Shown: positions 62,156-64,000 of the stretch, piece after piece
How positions within the stretch are numbered: the first letter of the stretch is position 1
Layout: every line of letters begins with the position of its first letter
Assembly (NCBI GenBank): GCA_963765775.1
Contig: CAVXXQ010000007.1
Location: 57,769 to 121,768, forward strand
Direction: 5' to 3'
From: an uncultured Alphaproteobacteria bacterium
GTDB lineage: Bacteria > Pseudomonadota > Alphaproteobacteria > Sphingomonadales > Sphingomonadaceae
Length of the DNA stretch: 64,000 bases
Program-made: the position numbers and the translations under genes
The notes under the pieces: model-generated
The model's input: only the letters and a program-made list of their open reading frames with translations
Databases searched by the model: none
Told to the model about the DNA's origin: nothing

Positions 62156-62683
62156 CTAGCCTATCGCGCCGAGCGTGATCACCAACTGACCGGTGGTCGG
62201 CTTGCCTTGTGTCGCAGTGGCCGCGATTTTCGCGCCGTCACGCTCGCCGATCATGATGACGGTATCGCCGGTTTCAGCCTCAAGCGCGATGGCAAAGCCA
62301 GCCGCCTTCGCCTGCTCGCGGTAATGCGCGATCACGTCCGCCGCGGCCGCGTCGGTGTCAAAGGTGACGAGCGTATTCTGTCCCTCGCCGGTGCGCATGA
62401 CCAGCGAATTGCCGACCACCCGGCTGCCGGGAAACAGGCTGAACCCCGCAGGCAAGGTGACGGGGACGTTCGGCCCCGAACGCAAGGTCGCGATGCCGTC
62501 CTTTTGCGGGATGATGATGCGGGTCTCGCCTGTTGCAGGGTCGATAGTGTGCTCGGTCGTGGTGCGCAGCGCGGTGTCGGGGGCGCCCGGCATGTCCAGC
62601 TTGCCGAGCCAGACCAGCGCAGCCACAGCCAGACCCAGAGCAGCAAGCACCAGTGATGCCAGAACCGCGATCCTCAAGCCCAT
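62156..62683 (-). CDS. Hypothetical membrane-anchored protein
   Basis: N-terminal TM, LPAGFSLFPG and VIAHYREQAKAAGF pattern; host-like codon usage. Confidence 0.7.
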   Translation of the reverse strand: MGLRIAVLASLVLAALGLAVAALVWLGKLDMPGAPDTALRTTTEHTIDPATGETRIIIPQKDGIATLRSGPNVPVTLPAGFSLFPGSRVVGNSLVMRTGEGQNTLVTFDTDAAAADVIAHYREQAKAAGFAIALEAETGDTVIMIGERDGAKIAATATQGKPTTGQLVITLGAIG

Positions 62684-62748
62684 CCGCGCCGTGCCCCCGT
62701 CAAATCGCCCGGGGCATCATCTCCCATCGCGCGGCGCGCGGCAAGCGG

Positions 62749-63183
62749 TCAGCCCTTCTTCACCCAGCGCCCGTCTTCCTGCGCATAATAGGCCCGTTCA
62801 ACCCCTTCGCGGCCGTCTTGCGCGCGCCACGCTGCCCGCGCATCGGGAGCGCCCTCGGGAGGGAAGAGCAGGAAGACCCGCGCGAAGCCGGTCGTCTCGC
62901 GCCAAGTGCCGTCGGCGAGGATCAGGTGGGTTGCGCCGTTGGCGGCGACAGGCTCGGCAGTGAGAAGGATCGGCTGGTGATCGGCGCCCGCAGCATCGGC
63001 CTCGCCATTGGCAAGAAAGCTCTCCGGCCCGCCCTCCCAAAGCGCGCGCGCAATCGCAGCGCGTTGCTCGGGATCGGCCGAGACAACCAGCACCCGCTCG
63101 CCCTGCGACACCGCCCGCTTGGCGATGAGCGTCACGACTTTCTCGACCGGATCATCGGTGACCTGCCAAAAATCGAGCTTCAT
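62749..63183 (-). CDS. holC: DNA polymerase III subunit chi
   Basis: DFWQ, LWEGGPESFLANG, QPILLT, ARAAWR, YYAQEDGRW. Confidence 0.92.
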   Translation of the reverse strand: MKLDFWQVTDDPVEKVVTLIAKRAVSQGERVLVVSADPEQRAAIARALWEGGPESFLANGEADAAGADHQPILLTAEPVAANGATHLILADGTWRETTGFARVFLLFPPEGAPDARAAWRAQDGREGVERAYYAQEDGRWVKKG

Positions 63184-63602
63184 TCAAGCCCGCCTTCATA
63201 TTTGCTAGTGCTCGGCTGTCTGCGGCTTTTGAAAAACAAGTAGATCAAGGCCGATGTGACCACCACAGATGTGGCCGGACCGGGGAACAAGCCTGACCAC
63301 GTATCGCCCAAAACAGCAAACATCCAAGCTGGCCAAAGGATGAAGTCCCATTCGCCAAAAGCATAGACGAAGGTGGTGGGCGCGAAGGTCAGCCCCAGCG
63401 CGATAGCAGACACCGCGTCGGTGATCGGGCCGGGATTGCCGATCGTCCTTCGCGCAACCCAAAGTGCCGCCATGACGACGACACCGATAATGGCAAATGC
63501 GACCCCAAAGACGTAAATAAGTCCGGAAAAATCGCTCGCCATCGCCGGACTTGCGAACATCAGGGCCGTTGCCATCAAGCCAAGCCGAACCGCCTTGCGC
63601 AT
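63180..63602 (-). CDS. Hypothetical multi-pass membrane protein, AT-richer
   Basis: ATG 63602 overlaps the DUF2256 stop (TGATG); its stop overlaps the holC ATG (ATGA); signal plus about 3 TM segments. Confidence 0.68.
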   Translation of the reverse strand: MRKAVRLGLMATALMFASPAMASDFSGLIYVFGVAFAIIGVVVMAALWVARRTIGNPGPITDAVSAIALGLTFAPTTFVYAFGEWDFILWPAWMFAVLGDTWSGLFPGPATSVVVTSALIYLFFKSRRQPSTSKYEGGLE

Positions 63603-63772
63603 CAATGCTTCCCCTTGGCCTCACCACCCGACTTCGCGTTACCCCGGCAGCGGTCGGAACAATACTTCACATTGTCCCAGTCCCGCTCCCACTTCTTGCG
63701 CCACGTGAACGGCAGCCCGCAGGCGAGGCAGGTCTTGGTCGGCAGCTCCGACTTTTTCCGCATTTTCGGCAT
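63602..63772 (-). CDS. DUF2256 family Zn-finger protein (56 aa, absent from ORF track)
   Basis: Hand translation [56 protein letters not shown]. Confidence 0.92.
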   Translation of the reverse strand: MPKMRKKSELPTKTCLACGLPFTWRKKWERDWDNVKYCSDRCRGNAKSGGEAKGKH

Positions 63773-63813
63773 TCTGAGCCTACCGCTTCGCTACTTGAGG
63801 CCCAAAATGCGGA

Positions 63814-64000
63814 TCAAGCTTCCGCCACATCCCGCACGAACTGGTCGAGCAGGCGCACGCCGTAGCCGGTCGCGCCCTTGTCCCATGTCGCACCGGGCTT
63901 GTTCGACCAGACCATCCCCGCGATGTCGAGGTGCGCCCAGGGGGTGCCGTCCTTGATGAAGCGCTGCAGGAACTGCGCCGCGGTGATCGAACCGGCTTCG
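63814..64000 (-). CDS. pepA: Leucyl aminopeptidase (M17), C-terminal end, truncated by the window
   Basis: Hand translation [49 protein letters not shown]; upstream of holC. Confidence 0.92.
   Translation of the reverse strand, partial: EAGSITAAQFLQRFIKDGTPWAHLDIAGMVWSNKPGATWDKGATGYGVRLLDQFVRDVAEA

Overview
High-GC alphaproteobacterial chromosome segment. Gene content and order (mutY / DUF721-DsbA-smc, rpmF-plsX-fabH-ihfA-merR, atpHAGDC with a short epsilon, purMN, hdaA, holC, pepA) point to Sphingomonadales, probably Erythrobacteraceae; that assignment is inferred from synteny and sequence style. It is mostly housekeeping and densely coding. I found no rRNA, tRNA, CRISPR array, IS element or prophage structural genes. 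What the housekeeping genes do not explain: (1) a prophage-free CI/Cro-like divergent switch at 19.65-21.38 kb, with an intact S24 autopeptidase repressor, a TAGGA-N4-TCCTA-type operator array, and a coupled orphan gene with a phage tail-terminator (DUF3168)-like motif pattern; (2) a perfect parS palindrome 10 bp upstream of an ada gene with AT-shifted codons; (3) several AT-richer orphan ORFs embedded in core operons and coupled at both ends, including a 2-TM micro-protein between atpA and atpG; (4) a tandem DsbA duplication with near-identical ends and divergent cores; (5) a PurN-MmcQ/YjbR fusion coupled to a sulfotransferase; (6) several distinct REP-like palindrome types. Start codons were re-picked by hand where the ORF track over-extends. 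All family names come from motif recognition, not database searches.
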